Below, piece after piece: positions 6,952 through 17,105 of a stretch of DNA of 64,000 nucleotides. Source of the stretch: a virus; the IMG/VR virus record IMGVR_UViG_3300020048_000023, positions 64,001-128,000 of that record; one strand, written 5' to 3'. The notes beneath the pieces were generated by a model that was not told where the DNA came from, ran no database searches, and saw only the letters and a program-made list of their open reading frames with translations. Within the stretch, counting starts at the first letter, position 1; each line of letters begins with the position of its first letter. The position numbers and the translations under genes were made by a program.

Positions 6952-8374
6952 AGCAGTTGACCTTGTAACAATCGAGCGGTTTATCCCTATCTTCAAGGAA
7001 GGGGTACCTGCTAACGCCATTGAAGTAGCCCGAGTTAAGGGCTCCGATGGTGAGTCCATACAGTACGATATTGTCGTAGGTAAGGGACTACATCAAATTG
7101 GGGGTCAGGGTATTTATATCCAGCCCGACTACACTATTCCATTGAACGAACTGTTCTTGGAGTACCACGCACCGTTCGGCGAGCCTAAAAATAGCCGCTT
7201 GGGTAAGAAGGGTCGTGTCCGTGCCATAAAGTTTAACCTGAGCTTTGAGAACTCCACTGAGCCTATCTATAGCAATGGTATTCTGGTGCCGTGGAGCAAC
7301 TTTCTTGACTGGTTTTCCGCAGAATTGGATAAAGAAGGTAGTGCTATTAGAGATATAGAATTTCCTATGAATGATGCTATGTATACCCATCCAAGTACTG
7401 ACGTTGATGTAATGCGTACTAATTTTTTATACGACATTAATTTTAACCACCCTGAGTTTCCTTGGATGGAATTAATAGGTGTGGAGAAATACGTTGCCGA
7501 CGACAATCTGGAAGGTAGCCAGCCGAAGGGTATGACCGAACGTGAGTTTCCGTCGTTCCTGTACAAGACTGACGAGGAAACCATTCAGAACCACCGCAGG
7601 GCAGTTGACCGATGCTACGCCGACGAAGAGGTACTGGCTTTCACACAGAAGCGTGACGGTTCCAGTATTACAGAGTACTGTCGTATTAATCCTATTGCCG
7701 ACGAGTCACTATTGACAGAATACGAATTTGGCATCTGCTCCCGTAAATGGGAAAAGAAACTTGACCAGCAATACGTTGCTGGATACAAGGATGGGGAAGT
7801 TGTTCTGCACAAATATTTTCACCCAGAGCTTAAAATCAGGGGTTGGATGAACGACCAGAGCCGCGACTTCTATACCGAAGCCGAAGCAGCTGAAAAGTTC
7901 GAGCCAGTTATGGAAATTCAGAAGGACGCTTGGATTGATACCGATAAGAAATTCGGGTACCTTGCTAAACTTATAGAATTCTGTAAAAAGTATGAACGGC
8001 AACTGTGTATGCGCGGCGAGCTTATAGGCGCTGGCAACAAGGGTAGCGGTAATAAGCTTAATTCTGACGCACGAACCGAATCCCACGTGGTATGGTTCGG
8101 GGTTGACGATCTGAGCCAAGGCTTCTCTCGACGCATTCATTATGGTCAGGAACACAATCTTGAAACCATATGCGAAGAGCTTGGCTTCGAATATACCAAG
8201 GAGTTATTTAGCGGGGTATTCAGCTATGACGAGATAATCGCCAAGGCTCACGAATACTTTAAAAAGGTGAAGGACGAAACTGGTATTATAGTTGAAGGCG
8301 TGGTTATACGTACCAAGTACAGCAATAACCTATCCGTCAAATATATCAACCCAGAATATGATGCCAAATCCTAA
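6947..8374 (+). CDS. ATP-dependent RNA ligase, DRB0094/Rnl5 family
   Basis: N-terminal ANAIEVARV module; motif I TQKRDGSS, III RGELIG, IIIa WFGV, IV EGVVIR, V SVKYINPEY. Confidence 0.85.
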   Translation: MKAVDLVTIERFIPIFKEGVPANAIEVARVKGSDGESIQYDIVVGKGLHQIGGQGIYIQPDYTIPLNELFLEYHAPFGEPKNSRLGKKGRVRAIKFNLSFENSTEPIYSNGILVPWSNFLDWFSAELDKEGSAIRDIEFPMNDAMYTHPSTDVDVMRTNFLYDINFNHPEFPWMELIGVEKYVADDNLEGSQPKGMTEREFPSFLYKTDEETIQNHRRAVDRCYADEEVLAFTQKRDGSSITEYCRINPIADESLLTEYEFGICSRKWEKKLDQQYVAGYKDGEVVLHKYFHPELKIRGWMNDQSRDFYTEAEAAEKFEPVMEIQKDAWIDTDKKFGYLAKLIEFCKKYERQLCMRGELIGAGNKGSGNKLNSDARTESHVVWFGVDDLSQGFSRRIHYGQEHNLETICEELGFEYTKELFSGVFSYDEIIAKAHEYFKKVKDETGIIVEGVVIRTKYSNNLSVKYINPEYDAKS

Positions 8375-8391
8375 TTGGCGCATCTTAGCGG

Positions 8392-8420
8392 AAAATCCCC
8401 AGCGATGGGGATTTTTTTTT
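8392..8420 (+). terminator. intrinsic terminator
   Basis: AAAATCCCCA-GCGA-TGGGGATTTT + T-tract. Confidence 0.85.
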
Positions 8421-8427
8421 ATTTATA

Positions 8428-8459
8428 TTTGGTAATGTCAAAACTTAGTTGTATATTTG
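8428..8459 (+). promoter_or_regulatory. Bacteroidota promoter
   Basis: TTTG-N20-TATATTTG. Confidence 0.85.
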
Positions 8460-8483
8460 TGCTCTAAATAAAATAACCCAGAT

Positions 8484-8876
8484 ATGGAAACAAAGTTTAA
8501 AGTAGCTAAGTATCAGAACGCAGACGGTGGCTTTGTTAAAACGGGCTATGACGAATATAATGTTACGTTTTTAAAAGGGTTGAAAACGCATCAATTACGT
8601 ATAGTCGTAAATGGGTATATAACCAAACAGGCTATCAATATAATTGCCTTCCAGACTGGCTATCGTGATAAAATATTATCGGCGGTAAGTGAGTATGTTC
8701 ATAAAGAGAATATAAATCCAGAATCATTGGTTAAGAAAAAAATGACCCTTGACTACCTAAGACTTTTTTACTCAAAAAAAGTTATTAAAAACATAGAGAA
8801 TTATCTCGTTAACATAAATAAATCTGACTCGCGGGACGAACTAACCAAATACCAATTAATTGGTGATAACAAGTAG
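8484..8876 (+). CDS. hypothetical protein
   Basis: 130-aa ORF after promoter. Confidence 0.75.
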   Translation: METKFKVAKYQNADGGFVKTGYDEYNVTFLKGLKTHQLRIVVNGYITKQAINIIAFQTGYRDKILSAVSEYVHKENINPESLVKKKMTLDYLRLFYSKKVIKNIENYLVNINKSDSRDELTKYQLIGDNK

Positions 8877-8891
8877 CTAAATAAAAAATAT

Positions 8892-9236
8892 ATGCCAAAG
8901 TATAGCAGATACGTATCAGACGGCGCCAGTTTATACGGCGTTATGGATATGCCTAAACTTTTATCAATACGCAAGGTAGACTTGATGGAAATTTACGTTA
9001 ATACCAAGTATAGTTACTCATTTGAGTGCGCTATAAAAGCCGCTCTTGAAATGGGTATACTTGAACAAGAAGACCCTAACGAGGAATACAGCTACCCGTT
9101 TGATGAAATCAGGGCTACGCTGGAAGACTTCGTTAAATCAGGTATATTCACCGACGATGATTTGGCTTTCCTTGAAGAAAGGGTACTTGACAAATTGGGC
9201 GCAGACCCAGATAAAATTAACGAAAACCCTATTTAG
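8892..9236 (+). CDS. hypothetical protein
   Basis: 114-aa acidic ORF. Confidence 0.75.
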   Translation: MPKYSRYVSDGASLYGVMDMPKLLSIRKVDLMEIYVNTKYSYSFECAIKAALEMGILEQEDPNEEYSYPFDEIRATLEDFVKSGIFTDDDLAFLEERVLDKLGADPDKINENPI

Positions 9237-9237
9237 T

Positions 9238-10056
9238 ATGAATGATGCTTTAAGTGAACGAATGAAGCGATACGAGAACGTTAATCGCAATTATCTTACC
9301 CCGCGCACATATACCATTATCAGGGTGGACGGTAAGGCTTTCCACACCTTTACCAAGAGGTTCAAAAGACCTTTTGACGAAGACTTGGTGAATATGATGA
9401 ATATGACCGCGCTATACCTTGCCAAAAAGGTTCAGGGGTGCAAGCTGGCTTATGTTCAGTCCGACGAAATTTCCTTGGTATTAACCGACTTTGACGACCT
9501 TAATACGTCGGCTTGGTTTGATGGTAATATCCAGAAGATCGTAAGCGTTTCGGCGTCTATGGCTACGGCTGAGTTCAACAGGTATTTACTGATGAACTAT
9601 GTTCAGTCGGGTAAAGGGTTAATTGACCCAGAAAGGCTTACAGCCACGGAAATTAGTTCAATGAAGTTCGCTGAGTTCGATTCCCGCACGTACACCATAC
9701 CGACCAAAACCGAAGTTATAAACTACCTGATATGGCGACAGAAGGACGCTACGCGCAACAGCATAGCTATGGTTGCTCAGTCCTTATGCTCAGCTTCGGA
9801 ATTAAAAAACAAAAACGGCGACCAGCAACAGGAACTGATCTTTCAGAAGGGTCAGAACTGGAATGACTACGACGATGGGTTGAAGCGTGGACGCGTTATT
9901 ATGCGTGTGCCAGAGTTTAAGCCTCATAATTCCGAGAGCTTCGACATTAACGACCCAGATACTGGTGTTACACGTATGAAGTGGCGTGTTGTTAACCCGC
10001 CGATCTTCACACAGGATCGTGAATTTTTATCTGGATTAATCCTTGAAAATAAGTAA
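9238..10056 (+). CDS. thg1: tRNA(His) guanylyltransferase Thg1-like protein (3'-5' polymerase)
   Basis: RMKRYE, IIRVDGKAFHTFT, YVQSDEISL, FDG-x2-QK, FDSR, WRQKDATRNS; start moved to ATG 9238. Confidence 0.92.
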   Translation: MNDALSERMKRYENVNRNYLTPRTYTIIRVDGKAFHTFTKRFKRPFDEDLVNMMNMTALYLAKKVQGCKLAYVQSDEISLVLTDFDDLNTSAWFDGNIQKIVSVSASMATAEFNRYLLMNYVQSGKGLIDPERLTATEISSMKFAEFDSRTYTIPTKTEVINYLIWRQKDATRNSIAMVAQSLCSASELKNKNGDQQQELIFQKGQNWNDYDDGLKRGRVIMRVPEFKPHNSESFDINDPDTGVTRMKWRVVNPPIFTQDREFLSGLILENK

Positions 10057-10057
10057 C

Positions 10058-10267
10058 ATGTTACTATTCAAGACAAAATACGTAATTGCTATCACCGAAG
10101 CGTGGATACAGGAAGATTATTCTTGCCTGTGTCTACCGCTTTTTGGTACCACTCTGACCACATTCCCAATGGAGAATAATGGTAAGGCTTACAATCTTAT
10201 CGTACCGATATTCTTTTTTGATATTGTTTTGGTATGGGGGACTAAACCGATAATAAATACTCAATGA
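10058..10267 (+). CDS. small hypothetical protein
   Basis: ATG 10058 just after Thg1 stop. Confidence 0.55.
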   Translation: MLLFKTKYVIAITEAWIQEDYSCLCLPLFGTTLTTFPMENNGKAYNLIVPIFFFDIVLVWGTKPIINTQ

Positions 10268-10503
10268 CAAAGGTAATAATTGAAGGCGAGAGCAACGTTA
10301 AAAAATGTGCTGATGAATTTGTGAACCTACATTTTGGTAACCACAACAATCTGATCCAGAAAATAATTCAAGATGTAACTAAAGAAGTGGCTGTAGAAGG
10401 TAAATTAAGCCGCGCAGGATACGATCTCTTCTCCTACTATGTACTGACCCGAGTGCGGGAAGCACTCACCTTAGCGGGCTTAATAATGACTAAAGACGAA
10501 TAA
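10264..10503 (+). CDS. hypothetical protein
   Basis: ATGA overlap. Confidence 0.7.
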   Translation: MTKVIIEGESNVKKCADEFVNLHFGNHNNLIQKIIQDVTKEVAVEGKLSRAGYDLFSYYVLTRVREALTLAGLIMTKDE

Positions 10504-10504
10504 T

Positions 10505-11236
10505 ATGTTACAGTGGTTAAATACAATAGTTAATTGGTGGAGCGGGAAGGTTCCAGAACCAGTTATAACGACCCCAGTTCCAGAGGTTGAATCACCAGAA
10601 CTTATAGCTCTGAAAAAAGAACAATATCGGGCTATAATAACAAAAGCCGAGAAAGAATCGGATGCTAACTACAAAAAGGCTAAAAAAGAATACGATAAAC
10701 GTAATTCAATATGCCCCAAATGTGGTCATAATGTCGTTGTCGAGCATATTCAGAGGCTACAGGGTGAAATTAACGGTAGTATGGGCGGTAGTATCTTTGG
10801 CTTTGGCGGAAGTATACACGGGAGTATGGATACTAACGAAGTAAATTTTTGCACCAAATGTTCGCATCAATGGAAAAAGGGTGAGCTTAAAGATTGGGGT
10901 GGCGGCAATATTATTAGCGCTCATTTATCGTGGCTTCGTATAGCTATTAGTCACTATAATAAAATACATAATGTTACGTTCGACCCAACAGATATTACCG
11001 AACAGTATAATTCTGTGGAAGAAAAGCTTGAACACGTAATTAAAAACTATACTGATCTTAGTAACAGGGCTCGTAAGTTCTGGGGCGACACGTCCATTGA
11101 AGTTATTTTGCAGTTTGCTAAGGAACACCATTCTTATTACAACGACATAAACTACTATATGGAACAATATTTTCCTGAAAAAGTATTACACGACGGGCTC
11201 GAATATAAGTACGCCAAAGAAATGCTACCAGTATGA
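10505..11236 (+). CDS. hypothetical protein with zinc ribbon
   Basis: CPKCG...CTKCSHQW flanking a Gly-rich loop. Confidence 0.75.
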   Translation: MLQWLNTIVNWWSGKVPEPVITTPVPEVESPELIALKKEQYRAIITKAEKESDANYKKAKKEYDKRNSICPKCGHNVVVEHIQRLQGEINGSMGGSIFGFGGSIHGSMDTNEVNFCTKCSHQWKKGELKDWGGGNIISAHLSWLRIAISHYNKIHNVTFDPTDITEQYNSVEEKLEHVIKNYTDLSNRARKFWGDTSIEVILQFAKEHHSYYNDINYYMEQYFPEKVLHDGLEYKYAKEMLPV

Positions 11237-11448
11237 GCGATTACGTCTATACCGAAGAAGACCGCAGGCAGGAAACCGAGGCATTTATGCAATGTTGCGG
11301 GACTTGCCTGAATTTCGCTTCTTATATGACTACGGCTGGGTTCTGCAAAATTGCCGAGTGCAATTGCATATGCAAAAACCCAAAGGCAATGATCGATATG
11401 TTCGACCCTAAATGTGACAAATGGATTTTAAACCCCAAAGAAATATAA
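11233..11448 (+). CDS. small Cys-rich protein
   Basis: CCGTC...C...C. Confidence 0.7.
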   Translation: MSDYVYTEEDRRQETEAFMQCCGTCLNFASYMTTAGFCKIAECNCICKNPKAMIDMFDPKCDKWILNPKEI

Positions 11449-11466
11449 ATTACTTAAATCAAATAT

Positions 11467-12375
11467 ATGGGACATTTATGTGTTTACCACTCGGTAGACC
11501 TCGACGGCTGGGTTAGTGCCGCAATTGTAAAGGGCATACACCCTGACGTTGTACTTGTAGGGTACAGCTACGGCGACCCAGTACCTACCATACCACCAGA
11601 CCAGCACGTGATCATCTGCGACTGCGCCTTTGATATGGACGTTATGGACGAAATAGCCAAAAAATCCGCAAGCTTTACGTGGATTGACCACCACGCCTCA
11701 GCCATAAAGAAATTCCACGCATACTGGGATGAACAACAAGTGGACTTCTTCTGGAATGTTAAACTTCCCGAAGGCGACCAGCTTATTGGAGCCTGCGAAT
11801 TAACGTGGGAATACTACCACCCAGATCAAAAAACACCGTGGGCTGTTGAACTACTTGGTATGTATGACTGTTTCAGGCATAAACAACCAGAAAACGAATA
11901 CTACGAGTACTTTGCGTTATGGTTTAATCTGGCTGCACAGACTATTTGCGACAGCCCAGATACAGCCGATCAATTTCTTTTTATGAACGGCTCAGAAGTT
12001 CGTGAACATATGAAGAAGGGTAACGTTATATACGACTATAAAGCAATGGAAGCTAAGCAGTTGTACAAAAAGGGTATTGCCGTTGTTATAAACAACAAGC
12101 GTTTCATACTGTTTAATGCAGACCACTTCAACCCGCCCAGCTACGGAATTGATTACCACAAGGATGGATTTGACGGCAGCGGGTATTTCAGGTTCGATGG
12201 TAAAATGTGGCATTTCAGCCTGACCAACGACGACGGCAGTATTGACTGCTCAGAGATTTGCAAAGCATTCGGCGGCGGTGGACATAAGGGAGCGGCTGGG
12301 TTCGAGCCAGATTTCCATACCTTACAGGGTATTCTTGAAGGTGAGTTTAGTGAGAGAGAAATGTTTATGTATTAA
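11467..12375 (+). CDS. DHH/DHHA1 family phosphoesterase
   Basis: YHSVDLDG, ICD, IDHH, GGGGHKGAAG. Confidence 0.9.
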   Translation: MGHLCVYHSVDLDGWVSAAIVKGIHPDVVLVGYSYGDPVPTIPPDQHVIICDCAFDMDVMDEIAKKSASFTWIDHHASAIKKFHAYWDEQQVDFFWNVKLPEGDQLIGACELTWEYYHPDQKTPWAVELLGMYDCFRHKQPENEYYEYFALWFNLAAQTICDSPDTADQFLFMNGSEVREHMKKGNVIYDYKAMEAKQLYKKGIAVVINNKRFILFNADHFNPPSYGIDYHKDGFDGSGYFRFDGKMWHFSLTNDDGSIDCSEICKAFGGGGHKGAAGFEPDFHTLQGILEGEFSEREMFMY

Positions 12376-12393
12376 TGGAAATTTTTTGCCAAA

Positions 12394-12648
12394 ATGAAAA
12401 TGTTAGTCATAATTTTTCTTACTGTAGTTTTATTTTCCTGTAGCCCATATAAACCAGAGCTTCAATATCCCGTGGTTTATGTAGATACATCATACGCCAA
12501 GCACGCAAGGTGGTCTGAACCAGTCATAACTATAATATTGAAAGATAGAAATGGCGAATTGCAGGAGTTATACACTCAAAGGGGTTACTATGACAAGTGG
12601 ACAGATAGTATATATTGTAACTGTAAAATAGGCGACACCATTAAGTAA
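12394..12648 (+). CDS. putative lipoprotein
   Basis: Signal peptide with LFSC lipobox. Confidence 0.65.
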   Translation: MKMLVIIFLTVVLFSCSPYKPELQYPVVYVDTSYAKHARWSEPVITIILKDRNGELQELYTQRGYYDKWTDSIYCNCKIGDTIK

Positions 12649-12745
12649 AATATTTTCCTGAAAGTGTTGTTTAATGGAAAAAAAATGTCTATATTTAAGG
12701 CACAATATAAATCAATAAATCAATAAAAAATCAAACAAAAATCGA

Positions 12746-14986
12746 ATGAAAAATCACGTTAAAATCGATGCGAAGTTCTATTTAACCACTCAGGTTGTAT
12801 CGAACGACAAGACCGTTCAGGTCGCAAAAAAAATCAACCACATTTTCATTGTGGATGTATCAGGCTCAATGTCTGGTGAATTATCCCAAATCAGGCGACA
12901 GTTGAAAAACAACCTTTCGAACATTATGAACGAAGGGGACACTATCACTATTATCTGGTTCTCGGGAAGAAACGATTGCGGTATTCTAAAGGAAGAAGTT
13001 GAGGTGAAATCGCTGAAAACTTTGGAAGACCTTAATAATGCAATCGACCGTTGGCTTAAACCAATTGGTCTTACAGCGTTCTGCAAACCGCTAACGTTGA
13101 CAAAAGAAGTAATTGACAGGATTAAGAAAAACAGACCTGACAGCGTTTTCTCAATGGTATTCCTTACCGATGGGTACAACAACGACTGTTCCTACGAATC
13201 TGTGCTAACAACACTGAAGAGTCTGGAAAATGACCTTGCATCTGCTTGTTTCGTTGAATACGGCTACTATGCTGACTCGCAAAGACTGACCCAGATGGCT
13301 TCCGTCGTTGGCGGCGAGAAGATATCTGCCAGTAGCTTCGAAGAATTTGAACCATTTTTCAACAAAAGGATTTCATCCCCGTTGATGGGTGGCAAAAAGG
13401 TTGTCGTTGAGATTACTGACCCATTCTTGTACGACTTTGCGTACTCAGTTACCCCAGATGGCGGTGTTATCTTGTATGACATTCAAAAGGGGGAACACGG
13501 GTGCTCAGTGATGGTGGGTGGCGACGTGAAAGAGATTTATTTCTTTTCACCTGACGCCATTGGAACTGAAAATAAGCCAGAAACGGCGCTATATGCTGCC
13601 GTGTATGTCCTTGCGGACAAACTGAAGAATGACGATGCAGAGAAGATTTTCTACGTACTCGGTGATCAACACTATTACCTTGAACTATTGAAAGCCTTCG
13701 GCAAACAGAAGCTTAATGCTTTTAAAGCCAACATCAAAGAATGCGTGGGCGATCTTGCCAAAAGGTATCCTGATGGACAAGCCGCAATTTCGAAGGTACC
13801 AGATGATGCATACTGCCTGATGAACCTGATCTATGATCTGGGCTCTATCGACGGTTGCTTATTCTTCCCGAGCCACCCAGACTTCGTGTATAACCGCATC
13901 GGTCGTAAACGCGTTCAAAAAGGCGACAATCTGTCAGACGACGACCAGAAACGGTTAGCCGAGGCAAAAGACGTTAAGGGAGCTCAGGCTATCTTAGCTG
14001 AACTTGCTGAGAAGAATGTCGAGCTTAAATTCACGTCAAGCGGGGATAAGGGTTCACCTTTAACCAGCCTTGTGTGGAACGAAGAACGTGCCAACCTGTC
14101 AGTACTTGTACGCACCGAAGGCACCGTTGAGGTACCAGACAACCAGTGGGGAGTAAAAATTGTACCTACATTTAAGTACAACAACTACACCCTGATCAAG
14201 GATGGTATTGTCAACGTTGAAAAGCTTCCGCTGTCCTATACAGAAGAGCTGAAAAAGATCGTTGTGGAAAAAGGTTTGAATGCCAAGATTATCGACGGAT
14301 TCATTGTCCTTGACCTCAGCAGCCTGCCTATCGTTAACAAAGCTATGGTGAAAGCCCTGTCTGCCGATGCATTAGCAAAGCAGGAGTGGGAATTACTGAA
14401 GCTCCAAGGCGATAAAAAGGTTTACGATTACTACCGTAAACAACTGTTCCCGAAAGAAAGCACCACTTTCATCGAAGATTATGGCGCTGATGCCGCTGCT
14501 TGGTTAAAAGAGATTGGCATCACCGACTATAACGGGTTCTCACCGAAGACCGAAGCTGTTGAGTCTACTGACTTTTATATGTCGGTTCGCTTGGCTACCA
14601 AGATCAAAGGTTTGTCCTCGTTGCCTAAGGTGGAAGACGTTGCCGTAAAATTGGCTGCTGGTACTACTTTAAAAACTGGCGAATGGCTCTTGAAGTCGGC
14701 GCTGGAAGAGTACAACAACCAACTGGTATCACCGTTGTTTGTATCGTTGACCCCTGAACAGCAATTAGCCACATTACAGGCTTATCTGATCAGCAAGAGC
14801 AACGACCTGAATTACAAAAAACGCAAAATTATGCAGGAACTTGCGCAGATTAAATTTGCGCTCATTCTCTCGAAAAAATGGTTCACAGAATTCAATACAT
14901 TCGACGAGAATAAGTTAACCCTGACGTTAGACGGATTCCCACTTGAGTTCACCTTCGACCTGTTCGAAAAGGAAGAAAAAATCTAA
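12746..14986 (+). CDS. von Willebrand factor A domain protein
   Basis: N-terminal MIDAS: VDVSGSM...G-x-T...FLTDG; long uncharacterised C-terminus. Confidence 0.85.
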   Translation: MKNHVKIDAKFYLTTQVVSNDKTVQVAKKINHIFIVDVSGSMSGELSQIRRQLKNNLSNIMNEGDTITIIWFSGRNDCGILKEEVEVKSLKTLEDLNNAIDRWLKPIGLTAFCKPLTLTKEVIDRIKKNRPDSVFSMVFLTDGYNNDCSYESVLTTLKSLENDLASACFVEYGYYADSQRLTQMASVVGGEKISASSFEEFEPFFNKRISSPLMGGKKVVVEITDPFLYDFAYSVTPDGGVILYDIQKGEHGCSVMVGGDVKEIYFFSPDAIGTENKPETALYAAVYVLADKLKNDDAEKIFYVLGDQHYYLELLKAFGKQKLNAFKANIKECVGDLAKRYPDGQAAISKVPDDAYCLMNLIYDLGSIDGCLFFPSHPDFVYNRIGRKRVQKGDNLSDDDQKRLAEAKDVKGAQAILAELAEKNVELKFTSSGDKGSPLTSLVWNEERANLSVLVRTEGTVEVPDNQWGVKIVPTFKYNNYTLIKDGIVNVEKLPLSYTEELKKIVVEKGLNAKIIDGFIVLDLSSLPIVNKAMVKALSADALAKQEWELLKLQGDKKVYDYYRKQLFPKESTTFIEDYGADAAAWLKEIGITDYNGFSPKTEAVESTDFYMSVRLATKIKGLSSLPKVEDVAVKLAAGTTLKTGEWLLKSALEEYNNQLVSPLFVSLTPEQQLATLQAYLISKSNDLNYKKRKIMQELAQIKFALILSKKWFTEFNTFDENKLTLTLDGFPLEFTFDLFEKEEKI

Positions 14987-15009
14987 CCTGTAGTTTGTAT
15001 TTTCGCTGG

Positions 15010-15048
15010 AAGCCGCCATATTTATAGGATATGGTGGCTTTCTTTTTT
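15010..15048 (+). terminator. intrinsic terminator
   Basis: AAGCCGCCATAT/ATATGGTGGCTT + T-tract. Confidence 0.8.
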
Positions 15049-15139
15049 AATCATATCACACCTTTCCGCTTAAACCTACCGCACAAGTGATCCTTTCACC
15101 TGTGCGTTTTTTTTTATAATAATACCTAAATACAATGTT

Positions 15140-15883
15140 ATGAACAGCAACAAAAAACAACCAGTACGCCGCAAATCCAAGTATAACAGCGAAGATTTTG
15201 ACGTCAGGGACGTAGTAGACAACCCTAAAACCAATGAACCAGTTATGCACAAATTCGTATTAAAGTGCAAAAACGATCACCAGAAGGAGTTTGTAAAGTT
15301 GATCGAAGATAACCAAATTACGATCTGTACTGGCGACTCTGGGGTTGGTAAGAGTTATCTATCCTTGGCTAAAGCGCTTGAACTCTATAAAGATCGCAGC
15401 AACGGGTACAGTAAGATTTTTATCATTACGCCTATCGTTGAAGTGGAAGATAATTTGGGTTTTCTTAAAGGTTCTATGGAAGATAAATTAGCCCCGTATC
15501 TGTACTCAATTTATTACATTATTGACGGAATTATTGGTGAAACAAATCGTAAGAAAATGGTTGAAATGGAGATAATTAAGCCTTTATGTATATCGTACAT
15601 ACGCGGGCAGAACATAGACAATGCCATACTCATATCCGACGAAACCCAGAATATGTCCGTAAAGGGTGTAAAGACCCTGCTTACCCGTATAGGTCATAAC
15701 TCTAAATTCATACTCTCTGGTGACATAAACCAGATTGACAGGTTTACAGATATAGACAAATCTGGGTTAGTATATGCGTATAACCACCTTAATGGAATCG
15801 ACGGTATAGGGCTCTTTGAGTTCGAGAAAAAGGATATTGTCAGAAACCCAATTATCGGGGAAATACTTGATAGATTTGAATAA
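15140..15883 (+). CDS. phoH: PhoH family ATPase
   Basis: GDSGVGKS, LGFLKG, YIRG, DETQN, LLTRIG, GD-x2-QID, IVRNPI. Confidence 0.93.
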   Translation: MNSNKKQPVRRKSKYNSEDFDVRDVVDNPKTNEPVMHKFVLKCKNDHQKEFVKLIEDNQITICTGDSGVGKSYLSLAKALELYKDRSNGYSKIFIITPIVEVEDNLGFLKGSMEDKLAPYLYSIYYIIDGIIGETNRKKMVEMEIIKPLCISYIRGQNIDNAILISDETQNMSVKGVKTLLTRIGHNSKFILSGDINQIDRFTDIDKSGLVYAYNHLNGIDGIGLFEFEKKDIVRNPIIGEILDRFE

Positions 15884-15884
15884 G

Positions 15885-15915
15885 AAAATGGCGCCTACGG
15901 GCGCCATTTTTTTTT
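15885..15915 (+). terminator. intrinsic terminator
   Basis: AAAATGGCGCC-TACG-GGCGCCATTTT + T-tract. Confidence 0.85.
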
Positions 15916-15984
15916 ATAAATATTTATCATTTTGCATATACATTGCAAATAAAATTACTATTTATGGGTGTAACAAATTAGATA

Positions 15985-17019
15985 ATGAAAGTTTTATTTT
16001 TGCTCAAGGATAGAGCGTATAACACCAACCAATCCAAGTCTTATGGCTTGAGTAATTCTGCTTGGCAGGTAGCAGAATATTTAATGACTCTCGGGTACGA
16101 ATGTGAATTAGTTTCAGTAATAGACGCTAATGCCATTGATAGAGAGCTGTTTAGGTATAAACCAGATGTTGCTATTATAGAAGCATTATGGGTTATGCCA
16201 GCTAAACTAAATGAGCTTATGGAAATTCCGCGCTATGCCAATATTCAGTGGATCGTTAGAATACATAGTGATATTGGTTTTTTAAGTGCGGAAACTATGG
16301 CGTCTAAAATAGTGAACGGCTACATCGAACTCGGTAAACAAAACCTGTATATCAGCACCAATCATGAAGACTTTAATAAGTACTACGGCGAAGCGCTGAG
16401 GTATGACTTTGTTTGTCTTCCAAACATCATCACCATTAAGAACGAAACCCCGCCTCACAAGGTAAACAGGGAGCGCATCGACATTGCCTGCTTTGGGGCA
16501 TTACGAACAATGAAGAATCAGGCATTCCAAGCTCTTTGCGCTATTCACGCTGCAAATAAAATGGAGAAGCATTTATACTTCCACGTTACAAACAACGCAG
16601 ATATGAGCGCACCTAACGCTAAACCAAACCCAGTATTGAGTAATTTGGAACAGATATTCAAGTATAGTGGTCACGACTTGGTTGTACACGATTGGATGAC
16701 TCATGATAAATTTGAAGAGCTTATTACCGAAATGGACTTAGGGCTGCAACTCAGTTTCAGCGAGAGCTTCAATATTGTTACAGCGGACTTTGTTAATATG
16801 GGTATACCGATTATTGTAAGTCCAGCTATTTCATGGATGTCTAGCATATACATGTCATCTACAACCAATTATGATAGGGTTACACGCGACATTATATTAT
16901 TTTATAAATTAAGAAATTGGGACTTCTTACGCAACCCAGCACGCGGGTCGTTACGAAAATACAATCGTAATTCCGAGAAACTCTGGAAACATTTTATGAA
17001 ATACATTGAAAAGGAATAA
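15985..17019 (+). CDS. GT-B (GT4-like) glycosyltransferase
   Basis: YGLSNSA, KPDVAIIE, FGALRTMKNQ, SFSESFNIVTAD...GIPIIVS. Confidence 0.75.
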   Translation: MKVLFLLKDRAYNTNQSKSYGLSNSAWQVAEYLMTLGYECELVSVIDANAIDRELFRYKPDVAIIEALWVMPAKLNELMEIPRYANIQWIVRIHSDIGFLSAETMASKIVNGYIELGKQNLYISTNHEDFNKYYGEALRYDFVCLPNIITIKNETPPHKVNRERIDIACFGALRTMKNQAFQALCAIHAANKMEKHLYFHVTNNADMSAPNAKPNPVLSNLEQIFKYSGHDLVVHDWMTHDKFEELITEMDLGLQLSFSESFNIVTADFVNMGIPIIVSPAISWMSSIYMSSTTNYDRVTRDIILFYKLRNWDFLRNPARGSLRKYNRNSEKLWKHFMKYIEKE

Positions 17020-17021
17020 AG

Positions 17022-17049
17022 AAAAGCGCCGCGTGGCGCTTTTTTTTTT
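17022..17049 (+). terminator. intrinsic terminator
   Basis: AAAAGCGCC-GCGT-GGCGCTTTT + T-tract. Confidence 0.85.
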
Positions 17050-17055
17050 GACTTA

Positions 17056-17087
17056 TTTGGAAGTGTCATTTTTTATGTGTACATTTG
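17056..17087 (+). promoter_or_regulatory. Bacteroidota promoter
   Basis: TTTG-N20-TACATTTG. Confidence 0.85.
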
Positions 17088-17105
17088 CGGTCTAAAATTA
17101 AAACT

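Noticed and set aside
12746-14986. Ro60/TROVE protein as partner of the Y-RNA-like element
   Set aside because: Ro60 has TROVE N-terminal and vWA C-terminal; here the vWA is N-terminal and no TROVE motifs were recognised.
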